64,000 bases of DNA, from NCBI GenBank assembly GCA_965603825.1, contig CBFDEM010000027.1:558001-622000 (forward strand). The letters run 5' to 3'. The stretch's first letter is position 1; each line of letters begins with the position of its first letter. The notes under the pieces were generated by a model. That model ran no database searches, was not told the origin of the DNA, and saw only the letters and a list, made by a program, of their open reading frames with translations. The position numbers and the translations under genes are program-made. The DNA comes from Blepharisma stoltei ATCC 30299. Its lineage: Eukaryota; Protista; Ciliophora. Shown here piece by piece: positions 38,501 through 50,435 of the stretch.

Positions 38501-39276
38501 CAATGCACAGTTACTTGCCTTACTAGCTCTTTTCCACACATTCCATAAATTATTTCTGTAGCATCCAAGTCTCCATTAGCTAAATACTTGGATTTCATCA
38601 AGCTGAATCATTTTCTCAGATTTTCGATTTCTTGTCGACCAGTTGGGTTACCTAAGTAAAACCTTTCAAATGTTTCATAAGGACTTAGAGGCCTCAAAGT
38701 ATTTTCTTCTATATCTGAATTTTCTTCCACAAGTGCAGCTAAATTTAAGCGCTTGCTAGAACTGGAAGAGGGTATCGTTGCAAGTGCTCTATTTACGCAC
38801 GCTTCTCTTTTACAAGAAATCGGGCTGCTTAGCCCAGTAGGGCTAAATGAACTAGTAATTCCTCGATAATCTGAATTAGTCAGCAGTGTTTTTACTTGGT
38901 CTAGCTCTGTAGGAAGCTCCATACTGTTTAAGATGGTGTCAAGATCTAACTCAGGGATTTTAATTTTGTCTTTTAGATGAGAAACATCGCGAGTATTTTT
39001 TGTCGCAACTCATTGGACTCGTTTTCGCTGACTTTCTGATTTTAATAGCCCACGCACTTTGTCCAGCTCAGCGATCGCTCTCCTATCAAAACCCTTTTCT
39101 GGGTTGAAGTCTAATAAACCTGTAACTTTTTCTATTTTTTTCTCAAAAACCTGGGTTTTTGTGTTTTTAGGAGTTTCCGGAGGTCTTTGATTTACCGTTA
39201 AGTCTTCTAATTTGGCGCGGTGCTTGATTTCAATAAAAGGTGCTAAAGGACTTAGTTTTGATTTACTTTTTTTCAT
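35590..39276 (-). CDS. ~1228-aa protein with axonemal dynein light chain (p28/AXDND1-like) domain; six TGA=Trp
   Basis: Six ORF fragments share one frame; PTGRQEIENLRKW and ELVRQVTVHCINRGELL resemble the Ax_dynein_light motif; 3' end slightly uncertain. Confidence 0.7.
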
Positions 39277-39699
39277 ATGTTTGTTTATGTATTAATCCGA
39301 ATTTTTAATTTTTTAATGCTAAATCACCTGTAGAACATTTGACAATCGCTACAATTATTTTGGCTTTTAGCATAGCTCATTAAATTGCGATGGAAAATGG
39401 TTTTTATGAGTAAGAAACGAAGCTCATTTATAAGTCTGAAAAAGGACTAAATGATTTCTATAGATGGCTATTTCAATGCAAAATAATATCATTTGATGCT
39501 TTTATGGCTGAATTATTTTAATAATTAATAGATTCATCTTTGCTAAATTACAAGTTATATTAATTGCTGTTTTTAGACCAAATTAATAAAGAAACTCTTT
39601 GAGGTTTACAATATCAGCCAAAGTAAACAAAATTCCTTTATTAATTATTGAAAAAGCTTGCAGATTATAAGTACTTTTCAGTATCGTCATAATATTAAA

Positions 39700-42600
39700 A
39701 TGGTCGAAGAAATTTTATTTCCTAAAATTCTTGTCTTACTCCTCCTGCTATTGCTCCCACTGCTTTGTAAGGCTGATGAAATTGTCCAGCTCTACGATCT
39801 CTCCAGCCTTAGAGTTCCTTACAATTCTGTTCGAAATCTTCCCCTTCAATATTATATCCAAGGTCAAAACCTCACTTATTCGCTCAGCGGATCATATTCA
39901 GGCGGCATAAACAGTGCTAGTCCTTCTATAACTCAAGGCATGAACTTAATTTCGACAACAAAAAAGGCAGCCTCCAATAATCCTCCCAACAGTTTTGATC
40001 TGATCCAGCAAGATCAAAACAACCCTCAGCTATTGTATACAGTTGAAGGGTCAAATCTTAACTTTTGGAATATTGCCAGTCTAAGCAACATTCAGCTTTT
40101 AGGGTCTTCTCCAATTTCAGGGACCGGCACAGTTGTAGGGGTTTATTCAGTTTACCTTTCAAATACAGCTTATTATATTATTTTGCAGAGCAGCAAGACA
40201 GGAATCTCAGCGTCGCTTTATAATTTGACAAAAACCGCGACAATTGCACCTATTTCAGGTATGAGTTATACGATTTCTACAAGCTACTCTTTAATCGGGT
40301 CATCTTTTACGACAATGAATAGCAATATTTTCAGCTTTGTCCAGGTGGGTGGTACAACGCCTACAGTTTATGTGATTGCTTTTGATACTATACATTCAAC
40401 TGCTACCTTATATAATCAGATTAATAACAGCACTGTACAAGCAAAAACTTTTAATCCAATTGCAATGGGCTTTTCAAATAAAAATTATGCTTACATTTGT
40501 GACACAAATAACGGTGTGTTCTTATTTAACGCCACTGCTTATTTAGCGGCTCCGAATACAGCTATTGATATTCCAATGCTTCTGCAAGATCCAAGCGACT
40601 ATGGGTATATTTTTTCTTGTTCTTTAGATAATGACTGGCTGGCTGTAGGGACTTCTCAAGGAATTGCTTTATATTTATTCCCTTCTCTTCAATTTGTGAA
40701 AAAATTATCAAGATATGCTCGCCAGCATGAAGCTACCAGTCTGTTAGGGCTACAAAGATTAAGTAACACATATACATTTACAACTAGTTATTTTATCAGC
40801 AACTTAACTACAAGTTTCAGAGTGCAATACTTGCAATCTCAATTACAAGAAAATTTGTTATACTCAGAAATTTCATATGACCTTTTCTCCACAGATTCAA
40901 GTGTATTAGCACCTCCATATATTGTTATCGCAATGAGCAATATTTGGTATGCTATTTTCAACACTCCGAGCTACCTTTGGGTTTATCAAATCAATAGACC
41001 GTATGCATCTTCTGTGGCTTTGTCCTCTCCATATACCTTTACTGGAGATTTGGTAGTCAGCAATTTAAATACAGAAATCCAAGTCCCTATAGTTTTGCAT
41101 GGGGTTGACCCAAAAAGCTATGAAATTTATGGCTACAAAGGATTTGCCAAAAGTGCTGGCTTTGGATATCCTTCTGAAATAATTATGTATATGAATACTA
41201 ATGTTACTAAACAAAATCTTGAGTTTTATTTGCCTGTATCCAATTATTATGCTGGACAAGGTTTAGCTTATAAACTTGAAACATCTGGAAATATTCAGGA
41301 TGTGACTATTGGAATCGTCCTTCCGGAGAAATACATGCAAACTTCAAATATAAATACACAAGCTTCTATAACTTTTAGTCCTGTGCTGGCTACCGATTTC
41401 AATGAACTCATCCCAATTGCTGTGGCCATACCTACAGGTGACTCAAATATTACTATTTATAGCTTGAATCCTTCATCAGGCCCTATGCGTCAATCAACCT
41501 TTACTTGTACAAACAGTTCAATGTACAGCAATAATGCAATAACTTTTATTGGAGGCAATATCAGATTTTTGATTGTAGAATGCTATCTGCAAAATCAAAA
41601 CACTGGAGCTTATGATGTAGACTGGTACATTTACTCTGTAAGCAGCAGCTATCAGCCAACTCTATTAAGCACTTTTTCATGGATCCAAATAATTCCTTCA
41701 ACTAAACTAAGCATTATCTGCACAAATATAGCAGCACTTAGAGGACAGCAAATAGAAATTTACCAATTTGACCAAACAACATACAAATTTACTGCTTGGA
41801 CACCAATATCTACAAATAGCATATCAGGAATCAACCAATTTATGCCTATAGATTTTGTAATAGAAAATAATGGTGGAAGCTGCAGTAGCATTTATGTTTA
41901 CGACTTCAACGCTGGACTTATTCAGGTTACAGTCTCAAACTCAGCAGGGCCATATGCAGCATCAACAATTGGGACAATCAGCTCTTTGCAAGATATATAT
42001 GCACGCATCGGTACTTATGGAGAAAATGTATTCATTATTTCACCTCAATCTGACTCTGCAATGAGCTTTGCTGGAGTTCAAGTTACTTCTTCTAGCTACC
42101 AAATTACTTATTACCCAGTCTTTTCTGGCTGTAGCTATACTGCTATTGATATAAGTGACACGTTTGTAGTTGTTTTGTGCGAAAACATTGATGGAAACCA
42201 AATTTTGGTGTTTGATTATAACGACTACACCTTTGAAAATTTATACACCTCGATCCCAGTTGATAGTATTGGCGCCATTTCTTTAGAAGGTGGCTCTATC
42301 AATTCCCTATTTGTGTACACAGGGGAATATTTCTCTTCTTATGCGCTTAGCCAAATAGCTGATGAATTCAGTCCTCCAGTGAGTTCTGATTTTATTCCTC
42401 AGTATTATGGTGGTGTTACTACCTGGGCTTTGGTATGGTTTAATTTTACAGCTGCCCCTACAACTGAAATTGTGGTTGAATTTGAATTAAATGCAACTAA
42501 CAGCTACAATAGTAATAAAACTACCATCGTCTTTTCCTTACTCCCAAGAGGTACAGCTATTAAGCAAGAGACTAGCTTTGATACTAGCAGCAGTGTCCTC

Positions 42601-44205
42601 ACATCTGGAGAAAAGGTTAAAATCACTGATAGTTCATTTATTCAGCCGATACCTCTTAACGCTTTTATTGGGAATAACTTGAATTTCGGCTTATTGAACA
42701 ATAAAAATGGAACTTTTATACAAAGTTCTGAGCTTTGTCCAGTTGAATCAGCCCCTATATGTATTCTAGGCAAATATAAGATTGATAGCGCTTTATCGTA
42801 TGAGTCAACATCTGTTTCTGCGTTCGACATGACTCAATCTGGAGCCATTCTTTATGTCTCCATAGAAAATGCGATCATTGCTTATGATACCACAGCTAGC
42901 CCATATTCAGTGTCCCAAGTCTATAATTTGACTGATTTCCGTGGATCCTACACGACTAACTGTTTGAAAATACAGAGCGCGCCTTATAGTAATGTATTAA
43001 TTATGTCCTGCACAGAGTGGAAGACTGAAGCTTCAATGTACAGTGACACTTATCTGACCGTGCTCAATCTAACAAATATCAAAACCCCTCAACAAATAAT
43101 GCTTAAATCATACCCTGCTGTCCTAATTACTATAGCTGATGATTTAACTCTACAATATCCATTGGCTTATGTCCATGATTTCCAAACTGTCGATGTCTAC
43201 CAAATCATCACAAATAATGGCCAGGTTTCCTTAAATCTGGTCTCTTATATTGATCCTGAGGTGATTGAGACCAATACTTTCTTTATTTGCTCAGTTCTCT
43301 ACATTAACAGCACAGATCTGATTTTACTGGAAATTTATAGCGGATTCATATACCTTAAAGCAACCCAAACAGTGAATCCCGTAGGATTTACTTATTCTAT
43401 TTTCGCTACTTTCCCAGTACCGTCTTCAATAGTTAATTATGAAAACACTTATTACACCTCAGCTTATATGACAAGTGATAAGAAAATGATCATTGCTACT
43501 GAAGTAAGAGGGGATGTATATGTTTATGATATAAATAATGATGGATTAGAGCTAAAAAGCCAGTTCCCACCGCTTACTCAAGAGTATGCTTATTGGATTA
43601 ACTCAATTGCTGTGAACGAAACTCTAAAGCTGATGGTTTTCCCGATTTGGGATACTACCAAAGTAAAGCTTAGAGTTCTGAATTACACACAAGAAACTAT
43701 AAACGCTATCTACACTGATATTGATGTAGGAATACCTTTAGCTTCTCAGTCATTTGGAAGTATAGCAAATATAAACCTTGCTTATAAAGATGAAAATACA
43801 ATTAAAATCAATTCATTTACTCAGCTTGTGCAAAGGACTTCTAGTGAAGTGGTTTTGGCTGAGATTAATTTGTTGCCTCAGGTCATAATTTCTCCAATCG
43901 ATTCGTCTGTTTCAGTTGAATATTCATTGGCTGCTTATATTCAAGAATCAGGAGCACAAGTAGAATTAGGAACTTTAAGCTTGATTTTTGGAAAGGGATC
44001 AAGCCCATCTGATGATAGCAGCAGCGATGGCGACAACTCCAACTGGTACAAAGAATGGTGGGTCTGGTTCATTATTATTGTTGGCGTTCTTTTGGTGGTT
44101 TCTACACTAATTATTGCAATTTATTTCATCAAAAGATCCCGCAAAAAGAAAGAGATGGAAAGTTTACTTATGGTTGATAAGAAATTTAGCGTTAATACTA
44201 ACTAA
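39700..44205 (+). CDS. Large type I membrane protein (~1501 aa) with beta-rich ectodomain
   Basis: Signal peptide, long S/T/N/Y-rich region, single TM (WWVWFIIIVGVLLVV..) followed by KRSRKKK. Confidence 0.85.
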   Translation: MVEEILFPKILVLLLLLLLPLLCKADEIVQLYDLSSLRVPYNSVRNLPLQYYIQGQNLTYSLSGSYSGGINSASPSITQGMNLISTTKKAASNNPPNSFDLIQQDQNNPQLLYTVEGSNLNFWNIASLSNIQLLGSSPISGTGTVVGVYSVYLSNTAYYIILQSSKTGISASLYNLTKTATIAPISGMSYTISTSYSLIGSSFTTMNSNIFSFVQVGGTTPTVYVIAFDTIHSTATLYNQINNSTVQAKTFNPIAMGFSNKNYAYICDTNNGVFLFNATAYLAAPNTAIDIPMLLQDPSDYGYIFSCSLDNDWLAVGTSQGIALYLFPSLQFVKKLSRYARQHEATSLLGLQRLSNTYTFTTSYFISNLTTSFRVQYLQSQLQENLLYSEISYDLFSTDSSVLAPPYIVIAMSNIWYAIFNTPSYLWVYQINRPYASSVALSSPYTFTGDLVVSNLNTEIQVPIVLHGVDPKSYEIYGYKGFAKSAGFGYPSEIIMYMNTNVTKQNLEFYLPVSNYYAGQGLAYKLETSGNIQDVTIGIVLPEKYMQTSNINTQASITFSPVLATDFNELIPIAVAIPTGDSNITIYSLNPSSGPMRQSTFTCTNSSMYSNNAITFIGGNIRFLIVECYLQNQNTGAYDVDWYIYSVSSSYQPTLLSTFSWIQIIPSTKLSIICTNIAALRGQQIEIYQFDQTTYKFTAWTPISTNSISGINQFMPIDFVIENNGGSCSSIYVYDFNAGLIQVTVSNSAGPYAASTIGTISSLQDIYARIGTYGENVFIISPQSDSAMSFAGVQVTSSSYQITYYPVFSGCSYTAIDISDTFVVVLCENIDGNQILVFDYNDYTFENLYTSIPVDSIGAISLEGGSINSLFVYTGEYFSSYALSQIADEFSPPVSSDFIPQYYGGVTTWALVWFNFTAAPTTEIVVEFELNATNSYNSNKTTIVFSLLPRGTAIKQETSFDTSSSVLTSGEKVKITDSSFIQPIPLNAFIGNNLNFGLLNNKNGTFIQSSELCPVESAPICILGKYKIDSALSYESTSVSAFDMTQSGAILYVSIENAIIAYDTTASPYSVSQVYNLTDFRGSYTTNCLKIQSAPYSNVLIMSCTEWKTEASMYSDTYLTVLNLTNIKTPQQIMLKSYPAVLITIADDLTLQYPLAYVHDFQTVDVYQIITNNGQVSLNLVSYIDPEVIETNTFFICSVLYINSTDLILLEIYSGFIYLKATQTVNPVGFTYSIFATFPVPSSIVNYENTYYTSAYMTSDKKMIIATEVRGDVYVYDINNDGLELKSQFPPLTQEYAYWINSIAVNETLKLMVFPIWDTTKVKLRVLNYTQETINAIYTDIDVGIPLASQSFGSIANINLAYKDENTIKINSFTQLVQRTSSEVVLAEINLLPQVIISPIDSSVSVEYSLAAYIQESGAQVELGTLSLIFGKGSSPSDDSSSDGDNSNWYKEWWVWFIIIVGVLLVVSTLIIAIYFIKRSRKKKEMESLLMVDKKFSVNTN

Positions 44206-44215
44206 TATCATTATC

Positions 44216-44941
44216 TTAAACTTTTTCAGAGCTTTCACTTTCAGCATCAGTTTTCGCAATTTTCGGAGTTAGCGATTTTCGCTGTTCTCTTTCTTCCTTC
44301 AAACTTTTATAAAAACTATCTCTCGGGAATAGATAGGTATTCATCTTTTTCTTCAAAAACATAAAATAAATTCCGCTTGAAACTGATAAAAATACAGCGA
44401 AAAACATAAGAATAACTCCAAAGTAAATTTTCAGGTCATAATCTGAGTCATAATTGCTAGGTGGTGACATGTTGTAGAATTGTGAAACTGATAAATAAAG
44501 CACCACCGCCACAATATAAACCCCAGGATATACATAGTGTGGAAAATCATACTTCAATAATCCCCACATTCTGCATCCACAAGCCTTGCCAATCATATTG
44601 AGTATCCCATACGCCATAAAAGCATGCGCCAAAGATGAAAACACCACAAACAAAATCCCTGCTATCTCCAAATTGTCTTTATTGTCGCACAACTTTTTGC
44701 TTAAATACTGTGCGTAGATACCTGGGTCACAAAAATGATCAGAGAACTGTTCGTATGACGCAACAAGTTGGGCTTCTAGACCATACTGCGAATTGGTGTA
44801 ATCATATCTAATCCCCAGCAGTCCTATGTAGTACTTGTCCATAAATTTAAAAATCTCTACAAAGTATACAGACAAAACCACACAAAAGTACAGAATATCG
44901 ATGCCGATTTTGTAAAAAATAGTTGACCTAGCACTTACCAT
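44216..44941 (-). CDS. Four-TM membrane protein (claudin-like topology)
   Basis: Four hydrophobic segments, GLLG and two Cys in first loop, charged tail. Confidence 0.65.
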   Translation of the reverse strand: MVSARSTIFYKIGIDILYFCVVLSVYFVEIFKFMDKYYIGLLGIRYDYTNSQYGLEAQLVASYEQFSDHFCDPGIYAQYLSKKLCDNKDNLEIAGILFVVFSSLAHAFMAYGILNMIGKACGCRMWGLLKYDFPHYVYPGVYIVAVVLYLSVSQFYNMSPPSNYDSDYDLKIYFGVILMFFAVFLSVSSGIYFMFLKKKMNTYLFPRDSFYKSLKEEREQRKSLTPKIAKTDAESESSEKV

Positions 44942-44962
44942 ATTATTATCGACTTTTTATAT

Positions 44963-47335
44963 TTAATAGTTATCAGAAAGTTTAGCCTTTTTCAAATACT
45001 TCCCTAGGTCAGCGAACATAAACATAGCTGGTTTTCTCCATTTGAATTGTCCAGTTATACATGAGATCATGTAGTTGTTTAGTAACTTGATAATCCAGGT
45101 GTCGGATTCTCGAGGTCTTTTTTGTCCATTTTGGAGGTTTTCGACAGCTTCCCAATATACTAAAGCGCTTTCTCTATATATAAGGACTTTAAAATTTGGA
45201 ACCCCTGAAGTTCTTTGGATTTTATAGTCGGTATGCAAGAGAGTTTCTGTGAATTGTAATTTATGGACATCAATAAAAGCTACTTCATGGGAATTTATAA
45301 CGAACCGGAGAGGGAAAGGAGGCTTATAGAACTTGTACATAAAATATTGTATAAGGGAAAAAGAATTGCAGGTTATATCATGATTTCGTAGTGAAAATTC
45401 TTGGGGATAGAGGTAAATTTTGGTACCTCTTTCTTTAGGGAAAAGTGAATCGTAGTTAAAGTGGCTTCTGTTAAGAATATTCATTAAGTTTGGTTGGGAA
45501 ATATCTTTGTTAGGGTATACTGGCTGGTTTAGCTTGTCAAACACAATAAAAAAGCAAGGGACATATAGGTCTGTTTTTTCAATAAGTGCAATAGATAAGA
45601 ATTCTTCTGTTCTGCTAAAAATTATTGCTATTGGTGAAAGCTTCATCATTGGAACCAATAAATTTTTTCCACTAGTCCCAACACAATAATTTCCTACTTC
45701 CTGTGGATTTAACTCCAGCTTGCTTGAGACTTCTAAAACCATCACTTTTGTATCCAAATTGCTAGAGTCCCACGATTTCAGCATTTTTTGTCTGATATCG
45801 AACTCTCCATCCTCTTGATTCTCAGGCAAAAATTCAAAATCCATCGGCTCAGCTTTCGGAATTATTTTAATAATTTTGCCTTTCCTCATATTCACAGTCC
45901 CTCTAGAGTTAATTCCAACTACCCCTTTTCCTATAATATCACATATTTTCGAAAGCGCATTAAAATCATTTAAAAATTCTTTCCCCATCCCTTCAATAGC
46001 AGAAACCGGGATACTTGCCTTGCAGAAGAAGTTCATTCTTGGGTACCCTATTTCAGGAAACCTTTTCAAAAATTCGCATGTGCCCTGAGAATGGCCACAA
46101 AGGGCGCACATATGACTTTGCAGCTGTTTTTTGACAGGCTTATTATTGATTTGTTCAATTTTGCTTTTCCCAAAGGACAACACAGCCATTTCATTTTTCG
46201 CAATTTTTTCATTCCCCATTCCTCCAAATATAAAAAGTGAATTTTTAAAAGTCGCAGCTGAGTGAGCCATTCTTCCAGGAATATAATTCATAGGCTTAAT
46301 TTCATTTCACGCATTTCTTTCAATGCTATAAACCCATATATCGCTTACTGCACCTTTCGTAGAACATTCTCCTCCAAAAACTATAAGAAAATTTACATTT
46401 AAAGGAGACATTGAGTGGGAAAGCCTTTTTGGTGGACAATTATCGCTGGTTATGCGTCTGCAAATTGCTGCATCATTTTTTATTTCAATTTCAAAAAAGT
46501 CATTGGTGTATTCGTCGACTTCAGAGGAAAGGTGGCTGGTGTTTCCTCCAAATATCCAAAGTCTGTCTTTAGTGGAGGCAAAACCCATGGATTCTCTATG
46601 GCCTGGGTGATCTCCTTGCCATTTCAAAGATTTTCATTCAAAAGTGTTCAGATTCATAGAAAAAATATCATCTAAAAGGCCTTGAGAGCCACTTCCTCCA
46701 TATATGATCATTTGGCTTCGGATCACTCCAGCAGCGTGTCCATCTCTCCCAGTTGGTTTGGCTCCAGTTGTTTTGTATTCATCCCAAGATTTGGTGTTTA
46801 TATCTAGCACCCAGACGTCATTGTAAGGCTCAGTTTCGCCTTCTCCACCTTCACATCCTCCAAACACAATAAGCTGCTGCTTGTAAGGAATCATAGAATG
46901 CCCTTCCCTGGGCTTAGGCAAATTCGTAGTTTTCATTGAAAAAAACATTTTCGGGCCAAGCTCAAGCACGTGGCACGAACTTCTGGTCTTTGAATCGGTC
47001 CCTCTCCCGCCAAAAAGATACAATTTCCCTTCAATTTTAGCAGCTGCACATCCCCATCGAGCTAATGGTCTTCCGCTAACTAAATTACAATTACCTAATG
47101 AAGGAACAATTGTCCATTTGCAGCTTCATGATTCAGAATCTTGGTTTCTGCCAGCCCCACTTGTAGTGTGTAACTGGGAAATTAGATCAGAAATTGACAA
47201 GTTATTGGACCTCGAATTGTTTAGAATTTTGTAAAACTAAGTGAATGCTACCTTTTCGTGCTCTTCTGAGGTCAGTTGGAGCAGGTTGCAGTTAATTGAA
47301 CTTGAATCTGAGTTCGAGATGTCCATATTTTTCAT
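44963..47335 (-). CDS. Kelch-repeat protein with C-terminal degenerate MORC-like (GHKL/S5) module; introns 47237-47251, 47080-47094
   Basis: Six Kelch repeats (R-x-GH, YLFGG/IVFGG, W by TGA); C-terminal blocks resemble MORC. Kelch call is strong, MORC call moderate. Confidence 0.75.
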
Positions 47336-47434
47336 TATAACCATTGCTTACTTAAGGGAACAAAGGGACCTTAACGATTATTAAATTTAAAAGGCAGCTG
47401 GGGACTTATAAATGAGAAGATTAAATAGGTAGTT

Positions 47435-49648
47435 TTACATGCGATTTTGAAGGAAGGTTTTTTCAAATTGGGATACAATGCTATTAAAAATAGGGTGGCC
47501 AAGTTTGGCCTTGATGGAGGGTCATTTAGTATTATTGAAAGCTCTAACGATATTGTCGTATTCAAAGCTGAATTTTGAGCGAAAATCGTTTGCCATTGCA
47601 CTTAAGCAGCCATACAAAATAGGCAGATATGATCGATCAGCAGTTGATGAGTCTCAACTCATAATGCTGCTGATAGAGTATCATGCATTACTTATGTCTT
47701 GCAGTTGAATCACATAGCTTGCAAACAGCTTTCCAAGCGCTATATTTTTGATGATTTCAGTGTTAACAATTTTCTGGATTTCAGACATCTTTTTCTCTCC
47801 AAGGTCTTTCATGAGGCACTTGTGTAGCGCAAGCTCCGGAGATACTGGATTCGGGATTAAAATTTCAGCTCGAAAGAATATCTCCAATTTAAAAATTTCA
47901 AAAAGTGGGGAAGAATTTGAAAATTTTGAAACTTTTTCAAGCAACTTGATATACTGTTCACCATATCCATGAATTTTTGGAGTGTGAAGAGAGGCCTCCA
48001 AATACAAATCTACTAATTTAATGCAAAGATATATATGAGCTTTGGTTAGGAAATTTGAATTTGAAAAATTTGCCATTGAATTTCTTAGAGTTGTGGATAT
48101 TGATGTCAATTTTATTTCACTTGCCTTTGAGCTTATATTCCATAAAGCTAGACAAACATCTTTTCTAAATTCTAAAAATTCCCGACAATTTTCAGCTTCA
48201 TACCGATCTTTAGCATAACCTTGCATTTTTTTTTGAGTTTCTGTTATAGAAGTATTGACTGTAGATTCTGGATTATTTAATTTTGGATAATTAAATGGTG
48301 CTGATATATTCATAGGAGGATTAGGTATATTTTGAGTTGTTGGGGGAAAATTGGTAGGGGTAGGGGCATTGGGATATGTCATGGCTTGCATTGAAAATGT
48401 GTTTGATTGTAATGGAGCAGATAGCGCTATTGGTTGAAATGGTGACGCTGTTTGTTGAGGCTGCGTTGTGGTTTGCCTTGTGTTTAACGCTATTGGTTGA
48501 AACACATTTGTGGGCTTTTGAATAGAAAATGGAGATTGCTGAGTTTGAAAGACTGGTTGATTTGTTAGTGTGATTTGTTGAAAAGATTGTGTTGGCTGAC
48601 TAACAATTGTTGTTTGCTGGAACGGTTGTGTTGCACCTAATGGTTGAGAAGTGAAAGCATTTTTATAAGCTGGATTCGGCGAAAATTGATTTACAGGTTG
48701 CTGAAATGGATTTTCTTTTGGAGCATTTTGAATAGAAAAACTATTTTGGAATACTCCCTGCTGGCCTGGAATAGCAGTTGGAGGCTTCCATTGAGAATTA
48801 GTTGCATATGTATTTTGAGTTTGCATAGAATAATTTTGCTGCATATTGCTCCCCATATCTTGATCCATAAATTGATTATCTTGGCTAGGCTTAATTGGAT
48901 TATTTTCGACTATAGGTTTTACAGTGTTAATTTGTGGGCGAACAGAACCATTGTTTTCTATTATTGGTTTCACAATAGGATCTTTAACAGAAAAATCAAA
49001 GTCAAACGTATTATTTTTAAATGGTTCATTTTTCTCTTGTTTTGCTTCATTTGCAGGTTTTATATCCATCACAGTTATCTGCTTTTCCAGCAAAGGAGGA
49101 TCTTTTATTTCTTCTTTAGTTTCATTAAGTTTTTTAATATCTTCTTCTTTCTTTTTCTTTTCTAATTCTTCATTGGTTTTATTTACACTATGCAAAGTTT
49201 TTTCTATGCTTTCAAGAATCTGATTAAAACCTCCATGCATTTTTTCTGTTTTCTCTGACTCTATATTGTCTATTTCATTTCAAGCGAGCCTACTTTTGTT
49301 ATAGCTTTCCCTTAGCTTTGAATAGGCATCTTCAAATTCAGGGTTTGGGGATTTTAGTTCTTCTATTATCAGTTTCCCTGCTTTTTTAAACTCAATTGAT
49401 TGGGCTTCTAAGTTTTTTGCTTGCTTTTTCCGTGTTATGGAACACTTTTTGTCGAAAAAGCTAGGAATATAAGAAGGTGCAGTGATTTCATTTTGGCTGC
49501 CATTATAGCTAGCCTCTTCTTGAAAGAGAAAAGACTCATGATAATGGCTGCTGGTTTTAAAAATAGGTGAGTCGGTGATATTGTCGAAATTTAATCTTTT
49601 AGAAGGACTTGGATATAGGTTTGAATTGTTCTTTTTACTAAAATCCAT
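47435..49648 (-). CDS. Possible GLE1-like mRNA export factor (coiled coil, Q/P/N-rich linker, helical C-terminal domain)
   Basis: One frame with four TGA; C-terminal LFASYV..NAWYSISSIM..ILYGCL resembles GLE1 core. Gene model solid, identity tentative. Confidence 0.5.
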
Positions 49649-49973
49649 TTTGATTTTATAACTATAAGGCTTGGTATCAATTTATTTTAGAGGATCCCAC
49701 AAACCAGTCCTTATATAACCTATATACTTCTTATTGTTTTAATAAAGAGCTTAATAATTTGATCATATAATTATTTAGAATTTATCAGTGTCTTTATGTA
49801 TAATCAGAAAATAGGATGAATGCTATTAGCATTACATAGGCATTTGCAGATTAAAATAATTTGAAATTTTTAACTATAAATCAATAATTTTAAATAATTT
49901 TTGCTAGTCGTTAATTATTTAATGGATTAAAAGCATCTGACAAGGATAAAAAATAGTATTTTTGTTATTTAAA

Positions 49974-50435
49974 ATGAAATGTTGTTTTAATCCTTTGAAA
50001 ATTCTTGCTGTGGGGTATTTTACAACGTTTGCATCAGGACTCTATATATTTGTCGCATTCCAAATGAATTCACTGTAAAGAGTATTAAGGTTTGCCTTTA
50101 TATGAATTTTAAGCATGCTTATTATCCTCCTGATTATTATCTGCGTTTCACGTAAAACAAGATCAAGAAGATTAAGATATTATAGTCATACATATGCTCA
50201 CTCACAACGCACTGAGCCTCTTTTAGCGTCAAGATATGAATTACATATTGTTTCTGAGTTAAACACCAGCAGAACGGAATCATTAAATTTAGATGATGAA
50301 TGTGCAATTTGCAAGCAACTGTACAGGCCGAATGAAATAGTTGCCCGAACTGATAGGTGTTTCCACCTGTTTCATAGTAGCTGCTATACAAATTGGATGA
50401 GATATAACAGCACATGCCCAATATGCAGAAAATAA
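49974..50435 (+). CDS. Membrane-anchored RING-H2 E3 ligase; intron 50075-50089
   Basis: CAIC..CFHLFH..C..W..CPIC; upstream hydrophobic exon joined by GTAAAGAGTATTAAG removal and one TGA. Confidence 0.8.

Noticed and set aside
47371-47601. 76-aa minus-strand ORF as separate gene
   Set aside because: Overlaps, out of frame, the TGA read-through tail of the 47435..49648 gene.
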